From: Psammoneis japonica | Taxonomy: Eukaryota | Direction of reading: 5' to 3' | Length of the DNA stretch: 64,000 bases | NCBI GenBank assembly: GCA_008632985.1 | Contig: QPGO01000036.1 | Location: 458,182 to 522,181 of the forward strand | Shown: piece after piece, positions 47,580 to 60,200 of the stretch | Numbering within the stretch: position 1 is the first letter of the stretch | How the letters are laid out: each line of letters starts with the position of its first letter | Notes under the pieces: model-generated | Databases searched by the model: none | Told to the model about the DNA's origin: nothing | The model's input: only the letters and a program-made list of their open reading frames with translations | Program-made: the position numbers and the translations under genes

Positions 47580-50500
47580 ATGCAGACCCACACCCCAATT
47601 GACATTTGGGGTTTCTCGTTCTTTTGACACAAATGTTGCTGCTTGCAATCCACCCTCCTTTTCTGCCAACTCGTCCTACATTTTATCTCATTGCTGTGCC
47701 ATTTTCAAATCCAAATTCCCAATTGCCACACGTTGTTGCATCTAAACCGCATCACAGAATGTTTTTTTTAATTTTCACTCATCCAGACATTGTTGTTTGT
47801 TTCAAATTAAGTTTGCACACCAGTTTGGTTGGTGGCCATTGCGGCATTTGCTGCCGCTCCATTGCCTGCAGCCACCACCTGCAATGGCAGGTCCTCTCCC
47901 ATTGGCGCCGCCCATCCTTCCTCTCTCTCCTTTCTTTTTCCCTCTCTTTTGCGTTTCTTGTTTTCCTCCTGAGACAAGTTTGTCTTCTCTCGCCTTCTCT
48001 CCTTGAACCATGCACCGAATCCCTGGTTGTTCTCTCTGTCTTTCACCACCCACTGACACAGATCATTGCACTTCTTGATCCCCTCCTTGCTCCATTCTTG
48101 GTTCCTCTTTGCCGATTCCCCTGCCGCCTGCGCTGTGCACTTTGCAGGAGCAGCATCTTTCACAGTCAGCTTTCTTCTCCTTGCAACATTTTCTTCCTTT
48201 TCCAATTTCTCTGCCGTGTCCTTCACCTTGCTGCAGCAGTTCAAGTGCACTGGCAGAGCAAACGCCTCCGACGAAACCAAAAGCCATTCCTGAAGCATGT
48301 TGGTTGTGCTTCTGCCAAACTGCGCTTGTCCCACCACCGTCGGCACCACAGTTTCCAAGAACCATGCACATGTGTCCTTGTCATTTCTTCCCTTTATCAA
48401 GTCTTTGCAAGCCACCAGCAATCCCTCTAAAGCAGCAACTGCACAGACAACAGCAAAGGAAGAGACACTCATCCCGTCAGACAATCGCCTCCAACACAAT
48501 CACCGGCATGCACACATCTGCTTGCCTGTCATTCTCCTCCCAATGTTGTCCTGCACATCATTCCTCTTTCGGTTGAGTTTGGTCCTGAACACCTCTTTGC
48601 ATTCTTCCCAGAACTTCTCCGGTGAAGATGCCATGCTCCTCAACTCCTGCAGAACCAATTTCATGCAATCTCCTCCCACGGCAAGTTCATGATCGAAGAT
48701 CATGAACTTGCGACATGGCCAAACACTCTCATTGACAACCTCAGTCAACATCGATGCTGTCAATTTCTCGCTCACCGCTGGTGCACGATCCAACACAAGA
48801 CATCCCTCTGTGGGAGTCACCACCGAACTTGAATTGCCACCTGCATGCTGGAATCTGTTCAATTCCCCATGTTGTTTCTTTGTGCATGCAACAAGGCCGC
48901 CACCGCAGGACTCATGGTGACTTCATGTGACACCACACAGATCAATCCAACAATTGTGTTAGTTCATCAGCAATTCTTTGTCATGTCCTTTCTCAATCTC
49001 ACTTGCCACTGGAAGTTGCGCTTCCTCCCTCCGTCGCTCCTGTGAGAACCGCATCCTCCATTTTTTTTACCTTCCCAATGGCTTCCTCTTTTTTGGAACT
49101 TCCGTCCTTTCCTGTCGCTTTATGAAAGGTGGGTTGCGAAAAGAATGCACTTTTGCATGTGATTTTCTTGGTTTTGTCGTTGCTCGTGTGTCCTCTCTTG
49201 ATTCAAACAGGTCTTTGTGTCATTTTTGAGTTCTCATTCCCAACCCCATGTTTGTGTTTCTATCAACGTTTCACTGTTTTGAATTGTGCACCTTTTTTGG
49301 CCAATCCAATGCACCAATGAAGATTGCCATGTCATTTGGGTCAATGCCAAACAATGTGTCACATCTCCTCATGTCAATGCATGCATTGCGCTTCCTCATT
49401 GATGCAACATCTGCTTCCTTTGGCACATTGAGTCGCGTCAAACCTCCTGTTTGTTGTCCCTGTCTTAATGGGTCATTCCCTCTGCTTCCCCGACACCATG
49501 TTTGTCCAGCTGCTCTCTCTGTTGCCCAAATTTTCCAATCCACTTGAATGTCCACTGAAGTGTGTCATTGTCACCAAGACATGGTTGTCGTGAGTCGTTC
49601 CCATCACAGGAATGCGTGTTCCCTCTGTTGCAATCACATGCCGCCAATTGATGATCAAATTGGTCATTTTGCTGGTGGTGGTGTGGAATCACACGGTGGT
49701 GCGGCAAGCTTTGCCTTCTCCACCGAGGTTGTTTGTAACCCCGCTCTCTTTGCGGCACAAATTCGAAGCCGTTTTAATTTCCTCAACGTTGGTGGTGGTG
49801 TTGGCGGTTTTGCGATTGCCTGTCGTCTGCTTGTTCCTGCCTGCAATGCCCACAGCATCGAGTTCCACCATCCCCGTCATGATCTTGGCTCTCAGTGGTG
49901 CAATGCCATGTGGCACAACAATGCCTGTCGCTTCCCGACCCTGATCAATCAGGACTTCCTCTCCGAAGACGATGCTGTTCGTCGGTTGTGCCGTCTGAAC
50001 AACTTAAAGATTTTCTTCAACAACTGCAATGGGCAAATTGCTTTTTGACAACAACGTGGCACAGAACCAACTCAAGGAGATGCTGTCCAGCGAGTGTCCT
50101 GAAGGCACTGTTGTCATTTCACTGGACGTGATGTTTTGTGTTTGTGCGCACAAATGGAGGCATGAAGCATTCTTTGTTCCTGCCTGTCCAGACGATCCAT
50201 CGTGGGGAGGCGGTGTCGACAGGCACCTGCTTCACAAGCACACCAAGAAAAGAGACGATGCCGTGGAGACCAGGCATTCCACCAGGAACGACCCAGGGTC
50301 TGACATCAAATGTAAATTCAAGCCTGCCAAAAGTGGGTGACTTTGCAATTTCACTTTGTTTGCAATGCAACTGTCATCTGTGTGAGCAATGCATTGTCAA
50401 TTGGCCCTTTGCACAAACCCACTTTGCACCTGCATCAACTTGCTGCTTCGCCAGTTTTGCATTCCAACACATGCTTGTTCACATGCTTGCTGTGTTCACA

Positions 50501-52455
50501 TGCTTGCCATGTCAAAATCATGGACTGGACACACCATGTTCGTTTTGTCAGGCAAAGCTCGTTGCAACATTCTTGCGTCAAAAACAAATGCAGTGCCTGC
50601 TTCTCCAACCAGCAATTGTTTTTCCAAACCCAACCCAACCAGTTGTCTTTTGCGTTCCTTCTCATTCAATGTCACCTCACAACTGTCCGGCCACATCTCC
50701 ACTTCATGCAAAATTCTCATTGCTTTGTTGACAAAGTCAATTGCAACACCTGACCGACGACACAAATGCAGCAAACGTGCCATGGGTGCGATGCTGGGCA
50801 AGTGGACTGGAGGTGCATTGAAATCCTCATCGGGTGCGACATCGCGTGGCGGGCCAAGAGGGTTGTGTTGATCGAGGGAGGAAACAGGATCTTCCATCGG
50901 ACGGGAAATTGAGGGGGGGCCACAACTGCCATTGCGATGGTCGGCTCCAATGAACTCGGGAACATCCACAGGACTGTCCTCTCCAAGGGCGGACACACCA
51001 TCATCTGCAAACAAAACAAATCGGCGGACATTCAGGGAGGCTGCACCAGCGGCAGCAAAGTTGGCAGCTGAGCGCAATCGACCAGAGCATCTGACGGAGG
51101 GTGGGCGCAGTCCACTTCCGGCAGAGGGAGGACAAGCTGGAGAAGAATTGTCCGTTGGTGTGGGAGGAGATGGAGCTGGATTCCAAAGGACTTTGGGGAG
51201 GGGAGGAGGGGGTTCGTCGTTGGAGAAACCAAACCCAGCAGGATCATCATGGTCGTCCAGTGATTCATCATGGTCGTCGTCTGGAGGGGGAAGTGCGCGG
51301 GCGGCAGTGGAAGATGCGGCATGCAGGCGAAGGGACATTTCCTCTTTTTCGCAGCAGGGTGAGTGCTTCTGCAGATGAAGGGCGATGTTGGAAAAGAGAA
51401 CATGGCAACGGGGACATTTGGGTTTGTTGGTGTTGGATCCAAGGGAGCCGATGGAGGCAGAGTCCAGAGGATGAGAGGAAAGAGATGTTCTGCCGGATGA
51501 AGAAGACAATTGGGTTGCATGGCGCAACTGTGTCAATGGGGGATGGAGACCAGATGCTGCGGTGCAGTGCCAAGACAGGCGACACTGCATGTTGTTTTCA
51601 GAGTCAAATCCACGTTGTCCACAACGAGGACAACTAAAAGACTTGGTGGAAACAGCGGAACGGAGGCAGTTGGTTGCGATGTGCCTGCTGAGGCCACGTT
51701 CGGAAAAGAAACCGGTTCGTTTGCACCATGGACAAACAAGACCATCAGACAACATGGCCGATGTACACAGACGAAGGAGTTGAGAAGAGAATTGAAAGCA
51801 AACAGTGGGTGTGGCAACAATCACTTGGGGACATGGTGAGGGCAGAAACACAGAGATGCAACGTGCGGATGGACGGGGAGGAAGGATGGAATGGGCAGGG
51901 AGAGAAAATTGAGAAAACAATTAGAATCTAGATTGACGGACACAGGCGGTGATTTTGATCCAGAAAGTTGATTAACACACAATCCAGAAAATAAAACAGA
52001 GACGCGTTCCAGGTCTGGGTGGGACCTCGCACTGCTGAACTGTGACATCGACAGTTTTTTGAATCGCGTCGTATGTCGCGCACGTAGATTTCTACGTGAT
52101 TTTGGCAAAATTTTGCATCATTTTACAGTGCAAATGTCAGGCGATCCATTCAACAACTTTTGACATTTTTTTCTTCTGCGCCATTCTCGAGTGTCTTAAG
52201 AATGGTGCAGGGCAGGCGTGTTGTCCAAAACTTCGAGTGCGAACAGAGACACATGTGCTGCAAACTTGGCCGTTCATTTCATGTCGAAGATGAGTGCATC
52301 CATTGACCAGAGTACGAGCTGCAGAGCTCGCACGTAGAATTCTGCGGGGCAAATGTCACAAAAAGTCCCACCTGGGACTGGAACCCATCCAGAATTAAAC
52401 ACACACACAAGGCTTGTCGGATGGGGGGGAAAATGGTCAAATTGAGGAACACAGA
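47580..52455 (-). mobile_element. Decayed, internally deleted DNA transposon (Plavaka/CMC-like, tentative)
   Basis: C2H2-like fingers (CPWCKRTGFFSERGLSRH, CPRCGQRGFDSE, CPRCHVLFSNIALH) at 50.5-51.8 kb. Accessory ORF with KFWEECKEVF..LNRKRN and VSSEAFAL..PAKCT..EWSKEGIKKCNDL..V.KDR at 47.8-48.9 kb, a pattern I associate with diatom DNA transposons. No DDE core recognised; ends uncertain. Confidence 0.5.
52001..52389. mobile_element. 389-bp MITE, copy 2 (inverted relative to copy 1); 4-bp TSD CAGA
   Basis: CAGA at 51997-52000 and 52390-52393; same TIRs and length as 22564-22952. Confidence 0.9.
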
Positions 52456-55400
52456 TGTTTGTTGTTGAACATTTCAGAAAAGCTGGCTTGTCCAATCAGC
52501 ACGATCTTGGATCAAAGGGAGAAAATGTCGGGCTTCATTTCAAGAAATCTTGACGGCCAGTGCGACACCTGGACCATTGGTGTCCCAGATGTCTGTGGCA
52601 GGCGCCAACACCTGCAGTGGGGCTTGTGCCTGCCACTGCTGCCAAAGATGCACCCAGGCTCTGTGCAGCCAATGGAGCTGGCAGTGCAAAACAAATGGCC
52701 ACCACATTGCAGCAAGGCATCTGCTTTGCACACCACAACCCCGTGCCACAAGCTCAATCTTGCAGCCTGCAGCTGTTGCTTTGAAGAAGTTGCCTTGTGC
52801 GGCTGCCATGCATGGTCAGCAGAGGACAGCTTTGTTTTCTGCACCACGAAAAGGGTGGCACTTGCCCTGCCACCCACAATGATTGCTTGCTCCACAGGCC
52901 AGAAACTTGCTGGAAGAGCTCATTTGCTGGGGTTCATTGTGGCACATTGATGCATGAAGGAGCATGCCGCCATTGCCCTGACTTGCCAAGGCTGCTGTGA
53001 CCTGCCCTGAGCAATGGCAAAGGAGTTCAGAGCTCATTTTGCTGGAAGTCAACTGAAGCGCCATTTCAGCTGAAGTGCCACCATTGTTTTCTTGCCACAT
53101 TTTTCCATTTTTTTTAAGGGCAAACACGGCATGCCTGGTGCCTGGCATCAAAAATGAGTTCTGAGGAGTCACTTTGCTCATTGTTGCACAAAGCACACAC
53201 AAACGCTGCAGCTTGACTTTTCAAAGAAGCGGGCCAACACCTTGTCTGCCACAGCTGTGCCAGCACTCTGCCAAAGGTGGCAAGTTGATCTTCTTGATTT
53301 TGCGCCATCATCTGCTTGCGCAAAATCACCGCGGAGATCTCTCAACTCTGAAGGCTTGTGTCCTTGGCAGCTTTCCTCTGTGCACTTGCTTGTGCACATC
53401 TTTGGAAGTTGGTTTGAGGCAAAATAAAAGCAGCCCCAGTTTGTGGCTCTGATGGGAACATGCCATGACAGAGCCAGCAAACTCTTGCAAATGTTGAACG
53501 TGCCAAATGCCCGCTGATGTCCTGGACAAAGATGGCACAAATGGTGCTGGAGGGCCTTTTGTTCATGAAGGTTGCAAGGCATTTCAGCAGACCACTTGTT
53601 GTGATTTGTGATGCTTGTTGAGCATCTCGCATCTGAGCCCCCACAGGCCCAACAAGCCTGTGGGTTGCTGGCCCTTTTGAGCCAGCTGTCTTCTCCACTC
53701 CACATTTTGCCATGTTTGAAATCTTTTTTTCATTTGATTGTTTGGCCAAGTTGTGCTTTTAATCTCAGACTCCATTTTCAGATGTCAAAAATCCATTTCT
53801 TGACAGACTCATGTTGCAGTCAAAACTTCAAGCACAACAATGACAAGCTGCAGAGCCATGTTGGCTGCAGTGGCATGAGCTGTGGAGATGTTGTTGTTGT
53901 GACTGCATCAATGTTGTCATGTCAACTCCACTCCAAGAAGCTGCAGCAGAGTGTGAGCTCAAAACTTGCTCAAAAAATGAGCATGTGTCATTCAAGAAGT
54001 TGTTGTCTGACTGGAGAATCATGGGCAGTGTTGCTGCAGAGATTTGTTCTGTGTGCCAACTGCCCAGATTGCACAACATGGCACATTGCAAAACACAAGA
54101 TGTGGAAACTTTTGCTGCTTTGAAGTTGCACTCTGACTGTCTTTCACAAGTTCTGGCCCCAGCTGACAAAAGCTATCCTCACTCTCACTTGGATCTCAAG
54201 TCACTCAAGCTCCAAACCCACCCTTGTCATTTGATGACACATCAAGAATGCCACAGGATCCAAGGAGCAGCTGGCAGCACCTGGCTCTGCTTGCCTCACA
54301 GGGCACTCGCAATTGCTCTTGACCCTGTTGTGTTCATCGTTCATGAGCAACAAAAAGATCTCACCATGCCAGAAGAGTTGGAGAATTTCTTTGGTCTGGC
54401 CTTCAAGCTCCGGCAAAATGCCCTGGCAGATTGGCTTGTGCCTGTCACAGATTAAGCCAAAAATGGGAATCCGCGACTAGAACAACACGCACCGTTTTGC
54501 CAGTTCTGCATCCTGGTTTTGCACGATCAGGGCTAGCTAGGGTTTGTGGGTTAGGGGCCGAGGCGTGGAAACTTTTAGCAACCCACTGAGCGAGATTCCG
54601 TCAAAAAAGTTAATCTGTGACATGACCGTGAGCCGACTACTTGAAGAAGCATTGACCTCTCCTACTCTAGCTTACGCCCCAACACGCCGTCCCGAACGTT
54701 TATCGTTCAAGATGCTCCATTGCGATGACGACTCCCTTCGCATAAAAAGCCTCGAGATCCTTCGATGCCAGAAGAGTTGGACGGCTTCCTTCATGTGCCT
54801 TCCAAACCTACTGCGAAGTGACAATCCTCTCCAAGCTTGCGTCACGACGGCCACCAAGTGCGTTTCATTCTTCAAGTCTCTTCCTTGAGAATATGAGTTC
54901 ACCAAGACGAAAACTCCAAGATAGAGGAGTCCGTCCTCCAAACATTTAGGCTGAACCTCGTTAATCTTCCTCGTCCATCGTGTCGTCACTCAATATTGCT
55001 GCGGCGCTCAAGAAGAAGCTTCGACAGCTGCTCACCACCTTTGGAATCTTCGACCGTCAGAGTAAAATCATGCAAAGCCCGCAACTATATATGCTAAGGT
55101 TCTTGGAAGGAGCTGGTGTCGACGGTGAATCTACTTCTCAACTTGATCGAGTCCAACAAGACGATTCGCATCGAAACAAGCGGAAACTCCACTAGCTTTT
55201 AAACACGTTCGTCTTTTCTTTCTTCCTTGAAAAATCGATCAAGTCAAAACTGATATCGTTACATGAAGCATCAGTTGTTTCTTAAGATGAAGATACCACA
55301 GGAAGCCACCGAACAACGTAAAGCGTTACTCGTCGTACCTCCAAGGATTGTAACAACTCGTATCCCATACGGCAGATAGGTCCAGAAAGTAATAGTCCCT

Positions 55401-55890
55401 TTTTCTAGCGAAGATACCATCTAAACGTGGACAGCAAGATTCTCCAGCCCACTTCACTTTGATATCAACATCTCTCTGCCTTCACAATAATGGTACAGTA
55501 GTAGACAAGGTCATTCTTTGAAAATTGAGTCTTCGAGCTTAGCGGATCCAGTGTCTCATTACAAAGACATCATCGATGCAGAGCGAGGCCGTAGATTTCC
55601 CGCCCGAAGACAAATAATGTGGCGGAAGTCTCATAGTCCGGTACCGCATTTGTTTATATCATACGGTATTGATACAAGGAATGGCTAAGGTCCCAAATTT
55701 TAAGGAGACAGTCGAGATTCTGTCGGATTACGGGAGCCATTCCAACCTTGAGTTGCACCACTGACGTTCACCAGAAGCTTTTATCTGACATTTCTGCTCA
55801 TCTGCTTTGCCTTATTTTTCAAAAAGAACAACGACGAAATCATCAGCGTAATGAAGCTTGCTCCAAAATGTACGTCGTTTCTAGCCGTCG

Positions 55891-57028
55891 CTAGCCCGTA
55901 GAATGGCTGTCTGACTGTAAGAGGCAGCTGTTGTTTTGCATAATTTCATAGGCATGGGCCGCTCGTTTTTCAAACTCGGCCAGAGTTATCGATTCGCCCG
56001 GACCAAGCTCACGAGAAATCTTCTTGGCCAAGGCAATGACCACATCGTCGACATGATGATTCGTCTTTTCGTTCTCTCTGAGTAGTTCTCGTAGACCCAT
56101 CTCGATTTCGAGGGATGTCAAGGACTTGTCGCCATTCAAGAGCGTCAAAAAAGGCTCTCGTCAGCAACCCCCCGGACTGCAGTGCCTTTTTCACAGCATT
56201 ATGATTTTCCGCCGATAGAAGCCATCGTGCGTGAGATCCACCAGCCAAAGATTCAAGTTTGGCCGACACAGGTCTCCGTGTTTGGTGATCAAATCTGTAA
56301 AGAATCGGCACAGAATTGGGGACATGGAGCTTCGGCACAAGGTCCTCGGGTACGTGATCCAATGCTGCAATCAAGGATCGAATCGTATTGGAGTGCGCAA
56401 CAACAAGGACAGAACGTTGATCAGCAGGCGTTGGCAGATCTTGTTCTTCAAATAGTGAATAGGAAATTCTTTCATGAAAACATTCCATAGCGCGAATCTG
56501 ACAATCTCTCAAGCTCTCCGTAAGAGGTGCTGGTGGAGACGGTGACCAGTACTCGTTGTTTTTGTCAATGGGAGGTGGGCTGGCCTGCATGGACCGACGC
56601 CACTGTCTGATAACGTGTGATCCATATTTGGCAAGTAATTCCGGATCGTCCTTTCTCAATCCTTGCACAGCCCCGTAGTGTCGCTCGTTGAGACGCCAAT
56701 CCCGCCGAATCATGTTGGTGCTGCTCGCCTCTTGATTGCCGCCCTCCGACATGCTAGCTAGAGCCAATTCACACGTCTCATGAGCGCGCTGTAGATTGCT
56801 TGTAAAGGCTGCATCAACCTTGGCAAAGCCCTTAGATGGCAACAATTGACCCGCACCCACGGCTTGGACACGGCCCTTGACCGTCAGGGGGACGTCGACC
56901 CAGCCAGTAAATCGTTTGTCAATCCCGTTCCATTGAGATTGACTGTGGCGAAGTAAAATCAACGTGGAATACCGTGAAAAACTATTGTCGCTGACTTGTC
57001 GTCGACGCTTCAGGAGGGACGGCAACAT
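55891..57028 (-). CDS. 2,3-BPG-dependent phosphoglycerate mutase-like protein with C-terminal EF-hand-like region; frameshift at about 56137 (possible pseudogene)
   Basis: LLRHSQSQWN..RFTGWVDVPLT, WRLNERHYGAVQG, TESLRD, VVAHSNTIR; ..FDAL/NGDKSLTSLEI split across frames. Confidence 0.8.
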
Positions 57029-57209
57029 TGTTAATCTACTCCCCCCTCAAGGAGACATACGAGAAAGAGTGTCGACTGGTAGCCCATTCATCGCAAATTA
57101 CAGGAAGCTCCTTCGTCACTCTTCACACAGTTGGCACAAGTTGACGACGCGAGAGATAGATCTACCTAGGGCCCTACTGCTTGCCTCACACATCGCACGT
57201 GCTACGTAA

Positions 57210-60200
57210 CTGCCAGCGCTCATGCGCGCTTTGACCTGATGCTGGTGGCGCGGAAGAGGGGTGGAACTGTGACAAAAAGGGAGGGCAGGGTGGGTTTGGG
57301 GAAGGGGTGGCGAGTTGGGACTGCAATTTGGTGGAACAGCGGGTGAGCTGGTCGGCCAGGGATTTAAACGCAAAGCCAAGGCTTTGAAGGTCCCAGTGTG
57401 TGACGGTGCAGCCGCAGTGTGGTGAGCAGGGCCAAAGCAAGCGGCTGTGAGACACCCCGCTGTGCAGCAGCCGAAGCAGCAAGAGGGAACATTTCAGAGG
57501 GCAAGAGCCAGGTGCAGGCACAGGTGGCACAAGCAGCTGGGTGTCGGGAGGAGGGTTCGGTTGCCCAAAAGGAGGAGCAGGAAGGGCAGGGGCAGGGTGC
57601 TCCTCTTGAAAATGGGCAGCATGGCACATGGAGCAGGGAGAGATTGTGGAGTGAGAAGGGTTTGACAAGGGCAGCAAGGGAGGGTGGGGTGGGGTCAAGT
57701 GCTGGAAGGGCGACAGTGCTGCGATGCATGAAGACTTGGCAGAGGCACAGGGGGTGGCAGGATGTGGCCCATGTGTGGAGCAAGCAGGCACAGAAAAGGG
57801 GTCGCCAGCACTGGTGGTGGGGATGTGGGGTGTGGGTGGCATGTCCGAAGGAGCGGGCAAGTTGGGAGATGAGGGAGGGGGTGGCTGAGATGAAAATGGA
57901 GTGGCAACCTGTGCCTGGGTGGGAGGGGTTTGACTGGGCTGCAAGGTGTCATGGCAGCATTGGACATCTTCTTGGAAGGGCAACAAGGTCCAGGAGGCAA
58001 GAGGCAGTTGGCCGTCTGGGTCAAAAGTCAAAGTTGATGCATGCATCTGGCACAAGGAGGTGCAGGATGGAGGAGAGGCAGCACAGGTGCAGAAGAAAGA
58101 GCTCTTTTGGCTTCAGTGCTGCACAGGTGGGAGGAAAGACAGTTGTGTTTGGTGCAGAGTGTGTGTGCTTTTGGGTTGAGGTGGCAAAGTTGGTGCTGCC
58201 GGCGGCAGGTTGGCCTGAGAAGTGGAAACCAGCAGCAACTTCTGGGGGCAGGGGGCGGGGTTGGCTGTCAGAAGGGCCAAGGAAGGGTGTCGCTTGGTGG
58301 AGGGCAGCATCACTTGCTGCTGGGAGCAGGTCAGGCAAAGGACCAGAGCACCAGCAATGGAAGTGAGGGATGCAAGTCTTTGAGCCATCAGCTTCTTTTT
58401 GCCAATGTGCTCCAGCCCCAGGTGATGCACAAAACAACAATCCAGTTTGAGCCCAAATTGTGTGCTTCTCATGTGTGGAGCATCTTCACAAAAAAGCTCA
58501 TGTGGATGGGCTTTTGTGGGTGTCCAAAGCATGTGCAGCAGCTGGATTTTGCTTTTGTGCTGTTCAAGCTCTCATCATTGGACATGTGCCACAAACTCCT
58601 CAGCGGGCTTGGCACCAATGATCAATTGCACGACAGCACATTTGGGGGGGTGATGAAGCTCTTGCAGGCGGAAGCAATGCCTGCTCTAGAGAAAACATGG
58701 CAAGCAAGCCACCCACATTGACTTGCAAACATTTGGCACACACAAATCTTCAACATTTTCGCCAAATGTCATCTGCACTGTGCTGCGACTCATTTGTCAA
58801 AATGAAAAACATTGGTGGTTCAAAACACACCAACGACTTGCTGCACTGGTGTTTCAAAACATTGACACCCAGACAAATCTGTGCTTTTGGCAGTGAAAGC
58901 TCGGCCACAAGTCAGAGACCATGCTGAAACCATGCAGCACAATGGCCTGTGTGTGGCATGGCAACAAACTTCTCTTCCAAAGCTTGAAAAACAAGATGAA
59001 CAATCTGTCATTTTTTAAAGTTGCTCACCTTGAAGAAAAGTTGGCAGTTTTCTGGGTCATTTTGAGCTGCTTCAGCATTTTCGCAAAAAAACAATGAACC
59101 ACGAAAGCAATCTGCGTGTCAGCAATGTGCCTGAATCACAGTCGGGCGGGCAACAGGAATCATTCGAAAATGTCGCAAGAGTCACAACTGGCATTTTGCA
59201 TGAGGAAAAACACCAAATCGTGCAGAAATGGGCACAATGTCATCCGGCAGGGTGATTGGAGCCAGTGACTTTTTGGGAACTCAATTGAAATGTTGTCTGA
59301 CCAGAGGCACTTTGATTTGCATGGTGAAGAGCAACACCTTTGGTCAGACAACATTTCAATCAATTTCCCGAGAAGTTGACATTCGCACGTCAGAGGAACA
59401 AACAGGTGTCAGATGAAGCATGGACAGACCGCAAAGCATGGGAACTTTCACGCAGATTCTGCAAGACAAACGGGTGACAGACAGACAAATGCGACAGAAG
59501 AGTCGATTTCTGTCGTCCCCATGCTTTTTGTGTGGCATTCGATGCTGACAATGGTGTGCCACCGGTGATGCCATTGATCAATTTGCATGTGACGAATGCA
59601 CCACACATTTCGTTTGATGAGTGACAAGCACAGATGTGTGCCCACATCGACCGTGGATGCAGGTTGCAGCTGAATTCAGGGCGTCATTGTCACCAGCTGT
59701 TTCTACAATTTTCTGCATGAATTGCGTGCAGCAACTGCATGGAACATTGATGACAATGGCGTCATCTTGAATGGTTGATTGGAGCACTCAGACAGGCACG
59801 AGTGAGCCAAATGGTGCATCATTGAAATTGAGCACATTCACATTGTTGTGTGTGCATGCCTTAAATTAGTGTGGATGTTGTTTTCATCCCCATGTGGATG
59901 CCATTGTTGCTTCTCGTGTTGCACCGCACTTTTGTGAGTGTCTGTTGCATTTTTCGATTCAACCTCATCTTTTTTTTTGAAATTGTGCGAAATTTCTGTG
60001 TGAGTCAGCCGGGGTGGGGCCAGTTGGTCATGCACGTTTGGGTTTGATGTGATGCACAACTGGCCATGCCCTGCAGGAAAAGCTGTTGGTGGCAGGCAAG
60101 CAGAAGCAACAAAGCAAACAAAAAACATGGTGTGGGTCAAAACGTTGTGAAATGACGCGACAACAAACAGTGAGCAGAAACCCAACTTGGCCCATGAATG

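Larger units (their letters stand above)
47180..54455. other. TpA-depleted block containing a DNA-transposon relic and MITE copy 2
   Basis: TpA rare apart from short patches near 47.5 and 51.9-52.4 kb. Confidence 0.88.

Noticed and set aside
54544..55195. Short ORFs in normal-composition DNA
   Set aside because: No recognisable motifs or splice pattern; I cannot support a gene call.
57186..58366. Long Pro-rich and Gly/Arg-rich antiparallel ORFs
   Set aside because: Low-complexity, stop-depleted sequence inside a hypermutated block; family not identifiable.
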